Assembly (NCBI GenBank): GCA_043802485.1 | Contig: JAZDKZ010000007.1 | Location: forward strand, 50,457 to 114,456 | Direction of reading: 5' to 3' | DNA: 64,000 nt | DNA from: Candidatus Aenigmatarchaeota archaeon | GTDB taxonomy: Archaea > Aenigmatarchaeota > Aenigmatarchaeia > Aenigmatarchaeales > Aenigmatarchaeaceae | Shown here: piece by piece, positions 9,660 through 19,391 of the stretch | Position numbering within the stretch: the first letter of the stretch is position 1 | Layout of the letters: each line of letters begins with the position of its first letter | Notes under the pieces: model-generated | Database searches by the model: none | Seen by the model: only the letters and a program-made list of their open reading frames with translations | Told to the model about the DNA's origin: nothing | Made by a program: the position numbers and the translations under genes

Positions 9660-10595
9660 CTATCTGCCCTGGACTGTCACGGAAGCGGTCCTTTCGGTGT
9701 AGTAGCCATAGTCTACGGTGACATCAAACTGGAACGACTGGAAGGTTGATACATCAGTAGTGACGTCTATATCACAGACTATTGTCATGTCCCTTCCTGC
9801 TACCAGTTCCTGGTCATCCAGACTCTGGCATTCTGAATCCAGAGTCAAACCAGACCCAACATCTATGCTCACATCCACCCTGTTTATTTCTTCCATGGTT
9901 AATGTGACATCACTACTGTCACTACCATAGGGTATGGCACCTGGCGAATATATCGTACCTGACGCGAGGTTGTTTATTTTTATAAAAACAGTGAACGTGT
10001 TGCTTCCCTCATATACTATCAGGGGTGTGGGAGAGACTGAAATGCTTAGACCAACAGGACCCTTGGTATAAGTGAATGAAGGCGTGTACAACTGCCTTCC
10101 TGCTGCCCTTGCGGCATCAGCCTCAGACTCGGAATACACCCAAACGTTCCCGTTTGCGCTAGTAGAATAATCATGATAGACTCTTGCTATGAAAATGTCG
10201 TTTCTTGTCTGTCCTGGGTCCAAATCAGGCGCAGTCAGAGTTTCTGAGTACCTGTAAGTAGACGGTGGGACACCTCTCACAACGTCCTCAGCCCTCATTT
10301 CCTTGTCAAGGGTCTCGAAATCGGCCACCGAACCAAACCAGTCAACAAAGTTCGAACCTGTGACATATATCTTTGAACCACCGTCAGCAACGGTTGTTCC
10401 TCCGCGGTTTTCAATTTCCATGACAAGCCTGACAGAACTGCCACTGAATATGGATGTTGGCTCTGCCGTGAAGCTGATAATCTCCAGCCCGCTGCCGCCT
10501 GTTAAAGAACTACCGCCCAGATTTCCCATGTCAATGTCTACACAACCGGCTACAAGAAGCACTGATAAAACTGATAGCAAAATTTTTGATTTCAT
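9660..10595 (-). CDS. Predicted lipoprotein, close paralog of 8630-9598
   Basis: Lipobox 'LVAGC'; shares 'GNVWVYS.SEADAARA', 'QELVAGRD' and 'YGY..ERTASV.V.GR'. Confidence 0.8.
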   Translation of the reverse strand: MKSKILLSVLSVLLVAGCVDIDMGNLGGSSLTGGSGLEIISFTAEPTSIFSGSSVRLVMEIENRGGTTVADGGSKIYVTGSNFVDWFGSVADFETLDKEMRAEDVVRGVPPSTYRYSETLTAPDLDPGQTRNDIFIARVYHDYSTSANGNVWVYSESEADAARAAGRQLYTPSFTYTKGPVGLSISVSPTPLIVYEGSNTFTVFIKINNLASGTIYSPGAIPYGSDSSDVTLTMEEINRVDVSIDVGSGLTLDSECQSLDDQELVAGRDMTIVCDIDVTTDVSTFQSFQFDVTVDYGYYTERTASVTVQGR

Positions 10596-10656
10596 CTTTT
10601 CACTCTAAAATAAGATTATCAAATTGGTATTTATAATTTGCAGTAAACACACTACA

Positions 10657-11706
10657 TCATGTACTGCAACAACATTTGCCTTCATCTTGGCAATCAATTG
10701 CCATAAAATTGCAGGTTCCACCAGTACAATCTCCTGTATCGATACACCTACCTGTACTAAGTGTGAACATTTCAGAGCACAGTGTTCCTTCTTCAGTCCC
10801 AGTTTCTTCGCTAGAACCACCAGAAGTTTCAGTGACCAATCTGCTTGGTTTAACTTTTACAGTAACAGACTTGTCTATCATGTATGTGTATTCTGCGGTT
10901 ATGTTCATGGTCTCTATGCTTATGGGCTGGCCTATATTGTCAGTTGTAAAGTAGCAGGTCTTCCTCGGCGCCTTGTTGTTTATGAAGTTCAACTTGTCGC
11001 CACTGGAGCCACCAGCGCATGATGTAATTCGCATGTTTCCGGCACCATTGACTTGTATGCTGTTGTCGTTGTTGTAGACTGTCAGGAAGCCATCCCCAAC
11101 GTTGTAATAATCAATGTAAAAGCTGTATTCGCTAGTATCCGCTAAAAAGGGCTGCTTTTCAGGAAAGGTCAGCACTATGTTAAAGGGCGATTTCGAAGAG
11201 CTTTTCTGCACAGGAATGTTGTACAAAGTACCCTTTACCTGCCTCGACAAGTACTCGTCCTGGGACAGCACCACAATGTCATTATAGAGCGTTAAATCGC
11301 TCGTGAAAGTAGCACTTATCTTGATTTCACAGTCCTTCTCAAGGCGCGTATAACCTGTTTCCCATTCCCATCTCCAACTATCAGACTGATTAGGCTTCAG
11401 AGTACCGATATTTCTGACTGAAGCAGTTCTCTCAGAACCTTCATCAGTTATAAAAACGCAAGTGTCATAAGCCTTCACACTCAAACCCCTTATTTCAAAA
11501 GCATTGTTGTTTGTCACATCAATTATCAGATTCAATGTTCTGTATGGAACGACCTCGGTAGGTATTGTTTGAACATTAAAGTCAAGATACTGGACTTGGC
11601 TTAGACTCTGACCGCTGGGAAGCGACGGCAACGGCAGGTCAAATGGCATGCCAGCGCACATAGAAGTAAACAACAATAGCAACAGCAAAGCATAGAGATA
11701 CTTCAT
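10657..11706 (-). CDS. Secreted/lipoprotein paralog with Cys-rich C-terminal tail
   Basis: Signal 'LLLLLLFTSMC'; same module; tail with 8 Cys ending 'KCCCST'. Confidence 0.75.
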   Translation of the reverse strand: MKYLYALLLLLLFTSMCAGMPFDLPLPSLPSGQSLSQVQYLDFNVQTIPTEVVPYRTLNLIIDVTNNNAFEIRGLSVKAYDTCVFITDEGSERTASVRNIGTLKPNQSDSWRWEWETGYTRLEKDCEIKISATFTSDLTLYNDIVVLSQDEYLSRQVKGTLYNIPVQKSSSKSPFNIVLTFPEKQPFLADTSEYSFYIDYYNVGDGFLTVYNNDNSIQVNGAGNMRITSCAGGSSGDKLNFINNKAPRKTCYFTTDNIGQPISIETMNITAEYTYMIDKSVTVKVKPSRLVTETSGGSSEETGTEEGTLCSEMFTLSTGRCIDTGDCTGGTCNFMAIDCQDEGKCCCST

Positions 11707-11736
11707 AAAGAATAATTAGAGCCTATTAAAATAAGT

Positions 11737-12657
11737 TTATGCTGTCAACGGGTTGACATTCACGCTAACTTCCTTCAACACCTCGTACACATAACTGTGG
11801 AAATAGGCGTTCAAAAAGTACGTCTGCTCTATGTCCACTTTGTCCTCTCCTGGAACCATCAAGGAGCACTTTATTTTGTATGTCTTCTTCCCGACAAGCG
11901 GAATTGAATCAATGTTAGTATAATAACCAGCATAACCAGACGGCCCCATAGCTGCGCAATCACTTTCAATCACATCAAACCCACCAGGAATTCCGAGAAA
12001 AAGCTCTCCCTGAGCAACCTCATCAAAAAGACCACTGCCTTTGTTCTGAACTGTGATATAGACAGGCAGGATGCTTCCTGTCCTAATTGGCAAGGCAGCG
12101 CCCAGCTCCATGTATATCTTGATAGGTCCTCTGCCAACAGTCAGTGTCGGGATGAAGGTCGTGAACTCTCCTGCCTGCTGCAGCTGTGTGTACCTTTCAC
12201 TGCTAATCACATTCACCTCTATCTCAGACTCTGAAAAATAGCTATAGCTGACTTTGAACCTAACCGGACAAGCTGTCTTTATGTAGGCGATATCCTGACT
12301 TATAGGGGTCTTGAAGGTCCATTCGACGAATTCTACCTGGCCCGGAACAAAGGGATCAACGAATGTTCTACTTTTCAAACCTGTTATCGGGTCTCCGCAC
12401 AGACCAGCGTCCAGAACACGGTAACTGACATCATAAACAGGGTCATCTTCCTCGTAATTGACTATATTGAACGACAAAGAAAATTGGTCTCCTGCAATTA
12501 TGGGCGGTGCTGGGAGGACGTTAATATTCTCGACGCTTATCACATCCTCGGGCATCTCCTTCACTTCTTCCTTTTGCCCAAAGATGTTAAAGCCTGGCAG
12601 TCCCGTGCAACCCGAGACTAGCAAAACCAGAACCAAAAGCGCGATTATTTTTCTCAT
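11737..12657 (-). CDS. Predicted lipoprotein, same paralog family
   Basis: Lipobox 'LVSGC'; 'GRGPIKI', 'ITVQNKGSG'. Confidence 0.8.
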   Translation of the reverse strand: MRKIIALLVLVLLVSGCTGLPGFNIFGQKEEVKEMPEDVISVENINVLPAPPIIAGDQFSLSFNIVNYEEDDPVYDVSYRVLDAGLCGDPITGLKSRTFVDPFVPGQVEFVEWTFKTPISQDIAYIKTACPVRFKVSYSYFSESEIEVNVISSERYTQLQQAGEFTTFIPTLTVGRGPIKIYMELGAALPIRTGSILPVYITVQNKGSGLFDEVAQGELFLGIPGGFDVIESDCAAMGPSGYAGYYTNIDSIPLVGKKTYKIKCSLMVPGEDKVDIEQTYFLNAYFHSYVYEVLKEVSVNVNPLTA

Positions 12658-12688
12658 CTTATCATTCCTTTTTTGTTAGATTAAACCC

Positions 12689-15172
12689 TTATGTCCCAAA
12701 GGGGGCAATAGCAACCTGTATATTGACGTTCTTAGTGTCCATGTATTCGTACGAGGCCACGCCTGTTATCAGCCTTGTTATTATGCTTTGATCATCAAAA
12801 CCGTCGAGGTTAGGCTTTATTAAAAAGACCACGGTCCTGTATTCACCAGGACCTATCTGAGGTATTCTATTATCAATATCAGAAAAGTAAGTACATGTTA
12901 TTTCACCGCTACCAAATGTATCACCTTCTGTACAACCACTAAATGTAGACGCTTCTATTTCTATTGGTTGTTCATCATTGAGTATCTGTGGAACGTATAT
13001 TTTCAAATCATCTACAAAAGTTATGTTTCCCCTGCCTTCGTTCTTGAGAGAAACTCTTATCAAAGTCTCTTCACCATCCCTTATGGGCTGGCGCTGGCAG
13101 TATATGGTAGCCTTGACAGGACCGCCCGTGTACTCTGAAATCAGTTCCTCTAGCTTTATCTCCCTCGCCTGAAGCAATCTATAATATTCATTCAAAGGTA
13201 TGACATCAATCGGTATCGAGACATTGACATTGTAATTATAATTGTAAGACGCCCTGACCTTCACAGTTTCACCGGAATGAGCGTATACAGCTCCAGGTGA
13301 ACACGATGATGTAGGAGTGTCACAGTTCTCTGCATCAACAGGACAACAATAGCCAAGTTCTCCCCAACCATCTCTGCTGAATTTGAACGTAGCGAATTTT
13401 ATCTCAGTCGGATATATTACTCTGCCCCAATAACAAGAATCAGTTGATTCCACAGGACTACCAGAATCACTACTACAGGTAATCGGTTCCAAAGACCCTA
13501 CGGATGTTTCAGGTTCAACGTTTGAAGCAGTCGTTCTTTTCCAGAAGGCCTCAATGTCAAGATTGATATAGTCAGCATTAAATTCACCACTATTTTCAAG
13601 CTCAATATTACCAATCAAGGTCTCCTGATTAGGATCTAAAAGAGCGGAAAACAGCTCAAACCTACTTACCTCTATAGATCTCTTCGAACCTGTGGTTTTA
13701 CTCACAGACGCCTGCTTGTCCTGCTGCTGCTTTGCTATAGCTGCCTGAGGGTTTGTTATCATCAGCCAAGCGTCTGCCATTCCTGTCTGGGCCTGGAAGA
13801 GCATATCATCCAAAGGCACAAAAATACTTTCAGTAGCGCTCTGCACCTGAGGCCACCAGTAACCGAATATAGCCTGGCCGACGACTCCTGTATACGTGGT
13901 TGAGAAGATGAAAAGCGCTATCATTATCGTCATCACTCCCATGGCAGGCCTTGCCTCTGGACCAGCGCTTATCCCGACAAGCAGAGAAAGGGCGAAAATA
14001 AGATAAAACACAATATGAATCATGTCACCTAGATTTCCCCCGCCGGAGACAAAGAACCACATTGAAAGCATCATGCAAACCAAGAAAAAACCTCTGTCGA
14101 AAACTTTGAAAGCCCCGGAGTCTGTCATGCTCTTGTATTTCCCTACGACAACTGTAATTTTACTTTCATCCTTATCCCCCTCAACCTGTATGGGGAATGT
14201 GATGAAGAACGCGGCCCCCATCCAGCCCAGCGCACTGGCAATATTGTTCCCGCTTAATCCCATGCCGCCAAAAGTGAGGAAAAACAGATATGCCAGATAT
14301 GCACCAAAGCCCAACTTGGCCCATGCCTCTATAGCCTTGGCAGGCTGTGTGGTCTTGTAGCGTCCTGGCAGAGCAGTGAAATAGAAGAAGAACGCGATCA
14401 CCAGGGAGATTAAACGATTGAATGCGAAAGTTTGTGCTATTATAAGGATGTATGCGGTTATCTTGAAGGCAGATTTTGGTACTAGCAACCAGCCTCTTCC
14501 GGATACATCTCCTCCTTCTTTTATCGAACCTATGATGTCGTTTTGACTGGGGAATATGATATAGGCCGGGAAACAGAAAATAAACGCCATCCCTATCAAG
14601 GGGAACGAGGGCAAACCAAAAAGCGGCGTGCCGACCATGAAGAATACGCCTATCAGAATAGAGATAAAAATCTCATACAGCCTGGCATGGGCTCTTTTGC
14701 CAAAGTTTTCATGAAGAGGTGTGGTATCTTCTGGTGTTTCTTGCTTAGTACCTGCTTTATAGTATTCTATTTCCTGACCACTTTGAGTCCTTGTCAATGC
14801 ATGTCCTCTGACCTTGTTTTTCCAGTGTTTCATGCTCTTATTGGCTCTTATCAAAGCGACCCTGTCCCCACTTGCTCTAGCAGCATCAATATCAAACTGA
14901 ATTTTTTTCATTTGTTCATTTGCTCTATGTAGAATTCCGCCTTGTCTAGCCTTTCTAACAGCGGTGTTGAAATCCATGCCATTAGCTCTGTACTCATAGA
15001 ACCTTTGACTCATATACTGGTGCATTTCCGAGCCTTTAGCAGCCATTCTCTCGATGTGGGTAAGCATCTTTTGATATTTTTCCCTGCCTTCAAGCTTTTC
15101 TAGACTCTTATCTCCTTTAAGCCATCTCTTGCCTTTTGTTGCTCTTCTCTTTGCCCAGTCCTTTACACCCAT
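12689..15172 (-). CDS. Polytopic membrane protein (about 9-10 TM) with C-terminal extracellular copy of the lipoprotein module
   Basis: Basic N-terminal domain; hydrophobic core; C-terminal 'YTGGPVKATI...SLKNEGRG...ASYEYMDTKNVNIQV'. Confidence 0.8.
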   Translation of the reverse strand: MGVKDWAKRRATKGKRWLKGDKSLEKLEGREKYQKMLTHIERMAAKGSEMHQYMSQRFYEYRANGMDFNTAVRKARQGGILHRANEQMKKIQFDIDAARASGDRVALIRANKSMKHWKNKVRGHALTRTQSGQEIEYYKAGTKQETPEDTTPLHENFGKRAHARLYEIFISILIGVFFMVGTPLFGLPSFPLIGMAFIFCFPAYIIFPSQNDIIGSIKEGGDVSGRGWLLVPKSAFKITAYILIIAQTFAFNRLISLVIAFFFYFTALPGRYKTTQPAKAIEAWAKLGFGAYLAYLFFLTFGGMGLSGNNIASALGWMGAAFFITFPIQVEGDKDESKITVVVGKYKSMTDSGAFKVFDRGFFLVCMMLSMWFFVSGGGNLGDMIHIVFYLIFALSLLVGISAGPEARPAMGVMTIMIALFIFSTTYTGVVGQAIFGYWWPQVQSATESIFVPLDDMLFQAQTGMADAWLMITNPQAAIAKQQQDKQASVSKTTGSKRSIEVSRFELFSALLDPNQETLIGNIELENSGEFNADYINLDIEAFWKRTTASNVEPETSVGSLEPITCSSDSGSPVESTDSCYWGRVIYPTEIKFATFKFSRDGWGELGYCCPVDAENCDTPTSSCSPGAVYAHSGETVKVRASYNYNYNVNVSIPIDVIPLNEYYRLLQAREIKLEELISEYTGGPVKATIYCQRQPIRDGEETLIRVSLKNEGRGNITFVDDLKIYVPQILNDEQPIEIEASTFSGCTEGDTFGSGEITCTYFSDIDNRIPQIGPGEYRTVVFLIKPNLDGFDDQSIITRLITGVASYEYMDTKNVNIQVAIAPFGT

Positions 15173-15231
15173 AAAATCATTCTCTCTTTCTCTATAGATA
15201 TTTCAGAAGCCGTAGATAAAACTTTTGGTGT

Positions 15232-16476
15232 CTAATCGTCTAGAGTCTCTTCAAGCTCTTCTTCTCCTAACTGCTCTTCTTGGTCTTCTTCAAGCTGCTC
15301 TGCTTCAACATCACCGATAGCATTCTCCAGCTCCTTCTCGTCTTCCTTCTCGAACTGCTCATATTCCTTGTTCAACTCGGCTGTTGCTGCTTCAATATCT
15401 CTTTCTTCCTCTCTTTTGAACTGCTCTTCCTCCTCTTTTGTCAGTTCATTTCCCCTTCCATAATCTTCATAGCCAGCTTCCTTAGCAGCATTTTTTAAAA
15501 AATTACCACTTTGCTCCAAAACGTCTTTTCTTTTTGTTCTCAGATCCGACATATATTTTATATAAGAACTTTCTTCTTTTGTTAGAATTTTATTGTCTCC
15601 TTTTTTTCTTAAAAAAATACGCCTTTCTATAGGAAATTTTTGCTTTGTACCTGGACCGTAATTGAATTCTTTTCCAAAAAGTTCAAATGTCACATGAACT
15701 TGATTTACATTATCAGGACTACGAATTACAAAACAAGCTTCTGACGGTTTATCATAAAAAGACTGTGTTTGACTACCCCATCCCAATTGTCTTCCTTTAC
15801 TGTCAAAAATTATATCTGTTAATTCTTTCCTTGTTTTAGGGTGTTCATAGCCATATTTATCAGCTAAATAGCATGCAAGTTCGAAACAGTTATCATCTGT
15901 TTGATAGTAACGTTTTATTTGTTTTTCAAAAACAACATGTCCTTGATTTTTTAATTCTTTACCTATTTGTTCTGCATTCTCTTTCCTTTTAGAAAATTCG
16001 TTCCCTCTGCCATAACCTTCATAATCGGCCTCTTTGGCTTGTCTATCGAAGAATTTTTTAACAAAATCAAAAGTATTGCCTTTTTTATTATTCTCTGTTT
16101 TTTTGCGTCTTGGAAAGGAACCACTCTTATCTTTCAAAAGCGAACCCAAAGGAATAAACTTATCTTCAGCTTCCCTTTCCTTCATTGTCTTTTCTACAAG
16201 TCTCCTGAAATCTGGAAAATCTGAACTTAAAGAGGTTTTAGTATCTGAAAAATCTGAACCAGCAAAACCCCTTGGTATTACGAAAGACTTGTCCATAATC
16301 TTTAGAAAGGTCCTCAACTCATCTTCGCTCAAGGTTTTCAGATAAGAAGACTGTATAGATTCGTGTCTTTCAAACATAATGTTATTCAACTTTTCAAGTT
16401 TTCTAGGCTCAAAACTTCTTATAAGGTCTTCTCGGCTTTCTTCTTTATTTTTTCTAAACCTATTAAACAATCCCAT
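15232..16476 (-). CDS. Hypothetical protein with repeat-flanked internal domain and acidic tail
   Basis: 414 aa; repeat 'AKEAxYExYGRGNE' occurs twice; Glu-rich C-terminus. Confidence 0.65.
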   Translation of the reverse strand: MGLFNRFRKNKEESREDLIRSFEPRKLEKLNNIMFERHESIQSSYLKTLSEDELRTFLKIMDKSFVIPRGFAGSDFSDTKTSLSSDFPDFRRLVEKTMKEREAEDKFIPLGSLLKDKSGSFPRRKKTENNKKGNTFDFVKKFFDRQAKEADYEGYGRGNEFSKRKENAEQIGKELKNQGHVVFEKQIKRYYQTDDNCFELACYLADKYGYEHPKTRKELTDIIFDSKGRQLGWGSQTQSFYDKPSEACFVIRSPDNVNQVHVTFELFGKEFNYGPGTKQKFPIERRIFLRKKGDNKILTKEESSYIKYMSDLRTKRKDVLEQSGNFLKNAAKEAGYEDYGRGNELTKEEEEQFKREEERDIEAATAELNKEYEQFEKEDEKELENAIGDVEAEQLEEDQEEQLGEEELEETLDD

Positions 16477-16506
16477 GGTTTAGATTTGTTAAAGTCAGCA
16501 TATAAA

Positions 16507-17286
16507 TTATCCAAAGAACAAAACAACCTGGGCAGACGTGATGTTATACGTCGTGTCAACCTCTGTCGACAAATCCAGCTTATTGGTGCCTACTTTCAGA
16601 GTGTCAATGGCAAAGTCAGTATACACGGGCGTCCAGCCAGAATATATCTCCACTCCATTTATCATGACATTAATATTGCCCTTGCCATCTCTAGTACCGA
16701 ATATGAGCAGCCTTGCCCTGCTCAGGCTCTCTGCCTCATGCTCGGTCACTTCAAAGTCAAAGGACTGGGTCTTCTTGCTCTCATAATTGACAGAAACATC
16801 CATGTCCAGTATGTAGACGGTCGGCGCCCACATCTTCCAGCCGGAGCTCTCGGCAACAACCTTGATGTTATTGTTGCTCTCAATGATAGAACCATCAAGA
16901 CTTATCGTCTTCTCCCCTATGCCAGGCGCTCCCTTGTAGACCTGCTCGTCGTTCACATAGACGAACAGGTTACCGTAATAGTTGGAGTTCCATATCTTCA
17001 TCTTCAGAACGCCCTCTGTGACATCCCCGGCATTGTCGACATCAAAATCCTTCATCTGCTCTAGATGTGAGAACAATCCGTTGTTGACCTCGCCGCCAAA
17101 AGACAGTATATCCTCATGCCCGACATTGTAGGAGACAGTAAAGTCCATGCCCAACATCTCTGTCCTGCTTGATTGGGATATGCCTGTACTTCCGGCTGCA
17201 AAAAAGTCGAAACCACCACCGAAGGCCAGCAGCAGCACTATGAGTCCCAACACTGCTGCTACCAGAACAGGAATAAAGTCAGGCAT
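16507..17286 (-). CDS. Membrane-anchored beta-sandwich protein
   Basis: N-terminal TM; two similar beta-rich halves ('VYVNDEQVYKG', 'VMINGVEIYSG'). Confidence 0.7.
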   Translation of the reverse strand: MPDFIPVLVAAVLGLIVLLLAFGGGFDFFAAGSTGISQSSRTEMLGMDFTVSYNVGHEDILSFGGEVNNGLFSHLEQMKDFDVDNAGDVTEGVLKMKIWNSNYYGNLFVYVNDEQVYKGAPGIGEKTISLDGSIIESNNNIKVVAESSGWKMWAPTVYILDMDVSVNYESKKTQSFDFEVTEHEAESLSRARLLIFGTRDGKGNINVMINGVEIYSGWTPVYTDFAIDTLKVGTNKLDLSTEVDTTYNITSAQVVLFFG

Positions 17287-17324
17287 AAATGTATTTAAAA
17301 TATCTAAGAATAAAAATATACCTT

Positions 17325-18332
17325 ATGCTCTCTTCCATGGACTTGAAGCACAATATGGTCAAAGTCACGCCGCAGAACAGGAACGACCTTTTCATACTCA
17401 ACGAACTGATAACGCCGGACAGTCTTGTCACTGCCCGCTCTCCAAGGAGCATCAAGGTGAGGAGGGGCGACAGGATGGAACGGGCAAAGACTGGTAGAAA
17501 AGAAGTCCTGATGAAGGTTGTCGTGGAAAAGACCGAAATAAAGGAGCACCTGAGGCTCACAGGCAAGATTCTTGAAGCGCCGGACATTGTTGACAAGGGA
17601 TATCACACCATTGACGTCGAGCCGGGTAAATTGCTGACGATTGAGAAGGAGTGGAGGTCCTGGGAGATAGACAGATTGAAAGCTGCCGAGATAAAGTCAG
17701 AACCTGTTCTTGTCTGCGTTCTGGATGACGAAGAGGCTGATTTCTATTTCCTGAAGGAAAGATACAAGCACCTGCTCAGCATGAGATCTGAAGTTTCTGG
17801 CAAGGCATTCGACACCAGGAATGCTGAAAACAAGAGAAAGGAATACTATGAGAACCTGATAAAGAAGCTAAAGGTAAAATCATCCAATGTGAAGAAGATA
17901 ATAATAGCAGGCCCTGGCTTCACCAAAGAGGACCTGCAGAACGTTATCAAGGCAAAGGAAAAAAACATGCTGGAAAAGATAATGGTAAAACCAACTTACC
18001 AGACAGGTAAATTAGGTCTCCAGGAGCTGCTCCGCCAGGGCTTGCTGGAGAAACTGGGCAAGATGAGCAGGGTTGAGGAAGAGTCCAAGGCTGTTGAGGC
18101 CATAATCGAGGGCATTGGCAAAGGCAAGACCATACAGGGGATTGACGTAAAGGATGCTATTGAAGCAGGCAAGGTCAGCATGCTCCTTGTCTCTGACAAC
18201 AAGATAAGGGACTATGAGGAACTGCTGAACCTAGCAGACGAGATGAAGGCAAAGATAATGATAATTTCTTCCAACCATCCGGCAGGAGAAAGATTGCTGG
18301 ATCTGGGCGGAATAGCCGCTTTATTGTCCTAG
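17325..18332 (+). CDS. pelA: Pelota (Dom34) ribosome rescue factor
   Basis: 'LRLTGKI...GYHTIDV', 'IIIAGPGFTKE', 'HPAGERLLDLGGIAALL'; start position uncertain. Confidence 0.92.
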   Translation: MLSSMDLKHNMVKVTPQNRNDLFILNELITPDSLVTARSPRSIKVRRGDRMERAKTGRKEVLMKVVVEKTEIKEHLRLTGKILEAPDIVDKGYHTIDVEPGKLLTIEKEWRSWEIDRLKAAEIKSEPVLVCVLDDEEADFYFLKERYKHLLSMRSEVSGKAFDTRNAENKRKEYYENLIKKLKVKSSNVKKIIIAGPGFTKEDLQNVIKAKEKNMLEKIMVKPTYQTGKLGLQELLRQGLLEKLGKMSRVEEESKAVEAIIEGIGKGKTIQGIDVKDAIEAGKVSMLLVSDNKIRDYEELLNLADEMKAKIMIISSNHPAGERLLDLGGIAALLS

Positions 18333-18895
18333 TCAACGACAGGATAGACATAGTTGGTGAAGCACAATGCTACCAGAGCAGTGCCGAATTTTTTCTCCGG
18401 CACAAAGCTTCTTGATATCACTTTGATGTCCCTCAAATCATACTTGTCGTCAAAGCCGTTGGTATAGAGCTCTTTCAGGCTTGCCCTTAGACTTTGCACA
18501 GCAAAGTCTTCAGTGTCATGCCCGTTGTATTCACATACAAGACCGCCGTACTTTTCACCAGTCGTCCTGTCATACAGCCAGCCGAAGATGATTCCCACTG
18601 TAGCTGTCTGGCCCTTTTCTGCGTTGGCGCAGGCCATTATCGTCTCCATCACAGAGCCGTGCACGAAATCAGCTGGTCTGGGCACCTCTTGGGCGATGGC
18701 AGGAAGTATGGAAGAATAGGTCATTATGTTGAAGCTCTCTATGCCAGCATCCTTCAAGGCAAGATGATAAGAGCCTGCATGGACAGTTATGTCGCTCTGG
18801 CCGACGCCAGTTGTTATGAAAAAGTCCTTTGGAACTCTGTTGCCTATCTTTATCTGCTTTACAGCGAGCTGGCTTTGGAGGAAGTTTTTTATCAT
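18329..18895 (-). CDS. pdaD: Pyruvoyl-dependent arginine decarboxylase
   Basis: 'ALKDAGIESFNIMTYSSILP' with the Ser-Ser cleavage site. Confidence 0.88.
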   Translation of the reverse strand: MIKNFLQSQLAVKQIKIGNRVPKDFFITTGVGQSDITVHAGSYHLALKDAGIESFNIMTYSSILPAIAQEVPRPADFVHGSVMETIMACANAEKGQTATVGIIFGWLYDRTTGEKYGGLVCEYNGHDTEDFAVQSLRASLKELYTNGFDDKYDLRDIKVISRSFVPEKKFGTALVALCFTNYVYPVVD

Positions 18896-19020
18896 ATTAT
18901 CACACGATTGTCTTAGAAAAAGTATCTATGAAAACAATTCTGCTATTTTTAATTTGGTACTCCGCTTTTAATTTTTATTAAAATAGATAATCTGCCCAAG
19001 TTTATAAAAATATCACTGAG

Positions 19021-19123
19021 TGGACCGGAGGGGACTCGAACCCCTAACCTCTTATGGCCCTGAAGGGTTTCCATTTTGGTTTAGATTGCCAAGGAAGCGA
19101 TCTTCCAGTTGATCTACCGGCCC
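19021..19123 (-). tRNA. tRNA-Ala(GGC) with two introns: 37/38 (19074-19086) and 42/43 (19052-19068)
   Basis: Acceptor GGGCCGG/CCGGTCC with G3:U70; BHB helices TTGG/CCAA and ATGG/CCAT; removing both introns restores CTTCC/GGAAG. Confidence 0.88.
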
Positions 19124-19162
19124 TGTTATTTAGAATAAAACTTTCCTAAATTTATAAATGAG

Positions 19163-19272
19163 TGGGCCGGGCAGGACTCGAACCTGCGATATTCACCGTG
19201 TAAGGGTGACGTATGCCATTGTTCCAAGGGCTCAACCCTAAGAAACAATCATAGCCGCTAGACCACCGGCCC
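19163..19272 (-). tRNA. tRNA-Val(TAC) with 37-nt D-arm intron at about 23/24 (19213-19249)
   Basis: Anticodon arm TCACC-CTTACAC-GGTGA; BHB GCTA/TGGC with TGA and ATA bulges; intron hairpin. Confidence 0.88.
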
Positions 19273-19391
19273 TTGCTTATTTAATTAATTCAAATCAATT
19301 TAAAAGTTTACTGTAGGGCTTAAAGAAAAGAAATACTAGCCGGAAATTTAAATCCTTTTAACTTATACAAAAAGAAAGAAAAAAGTGGATG

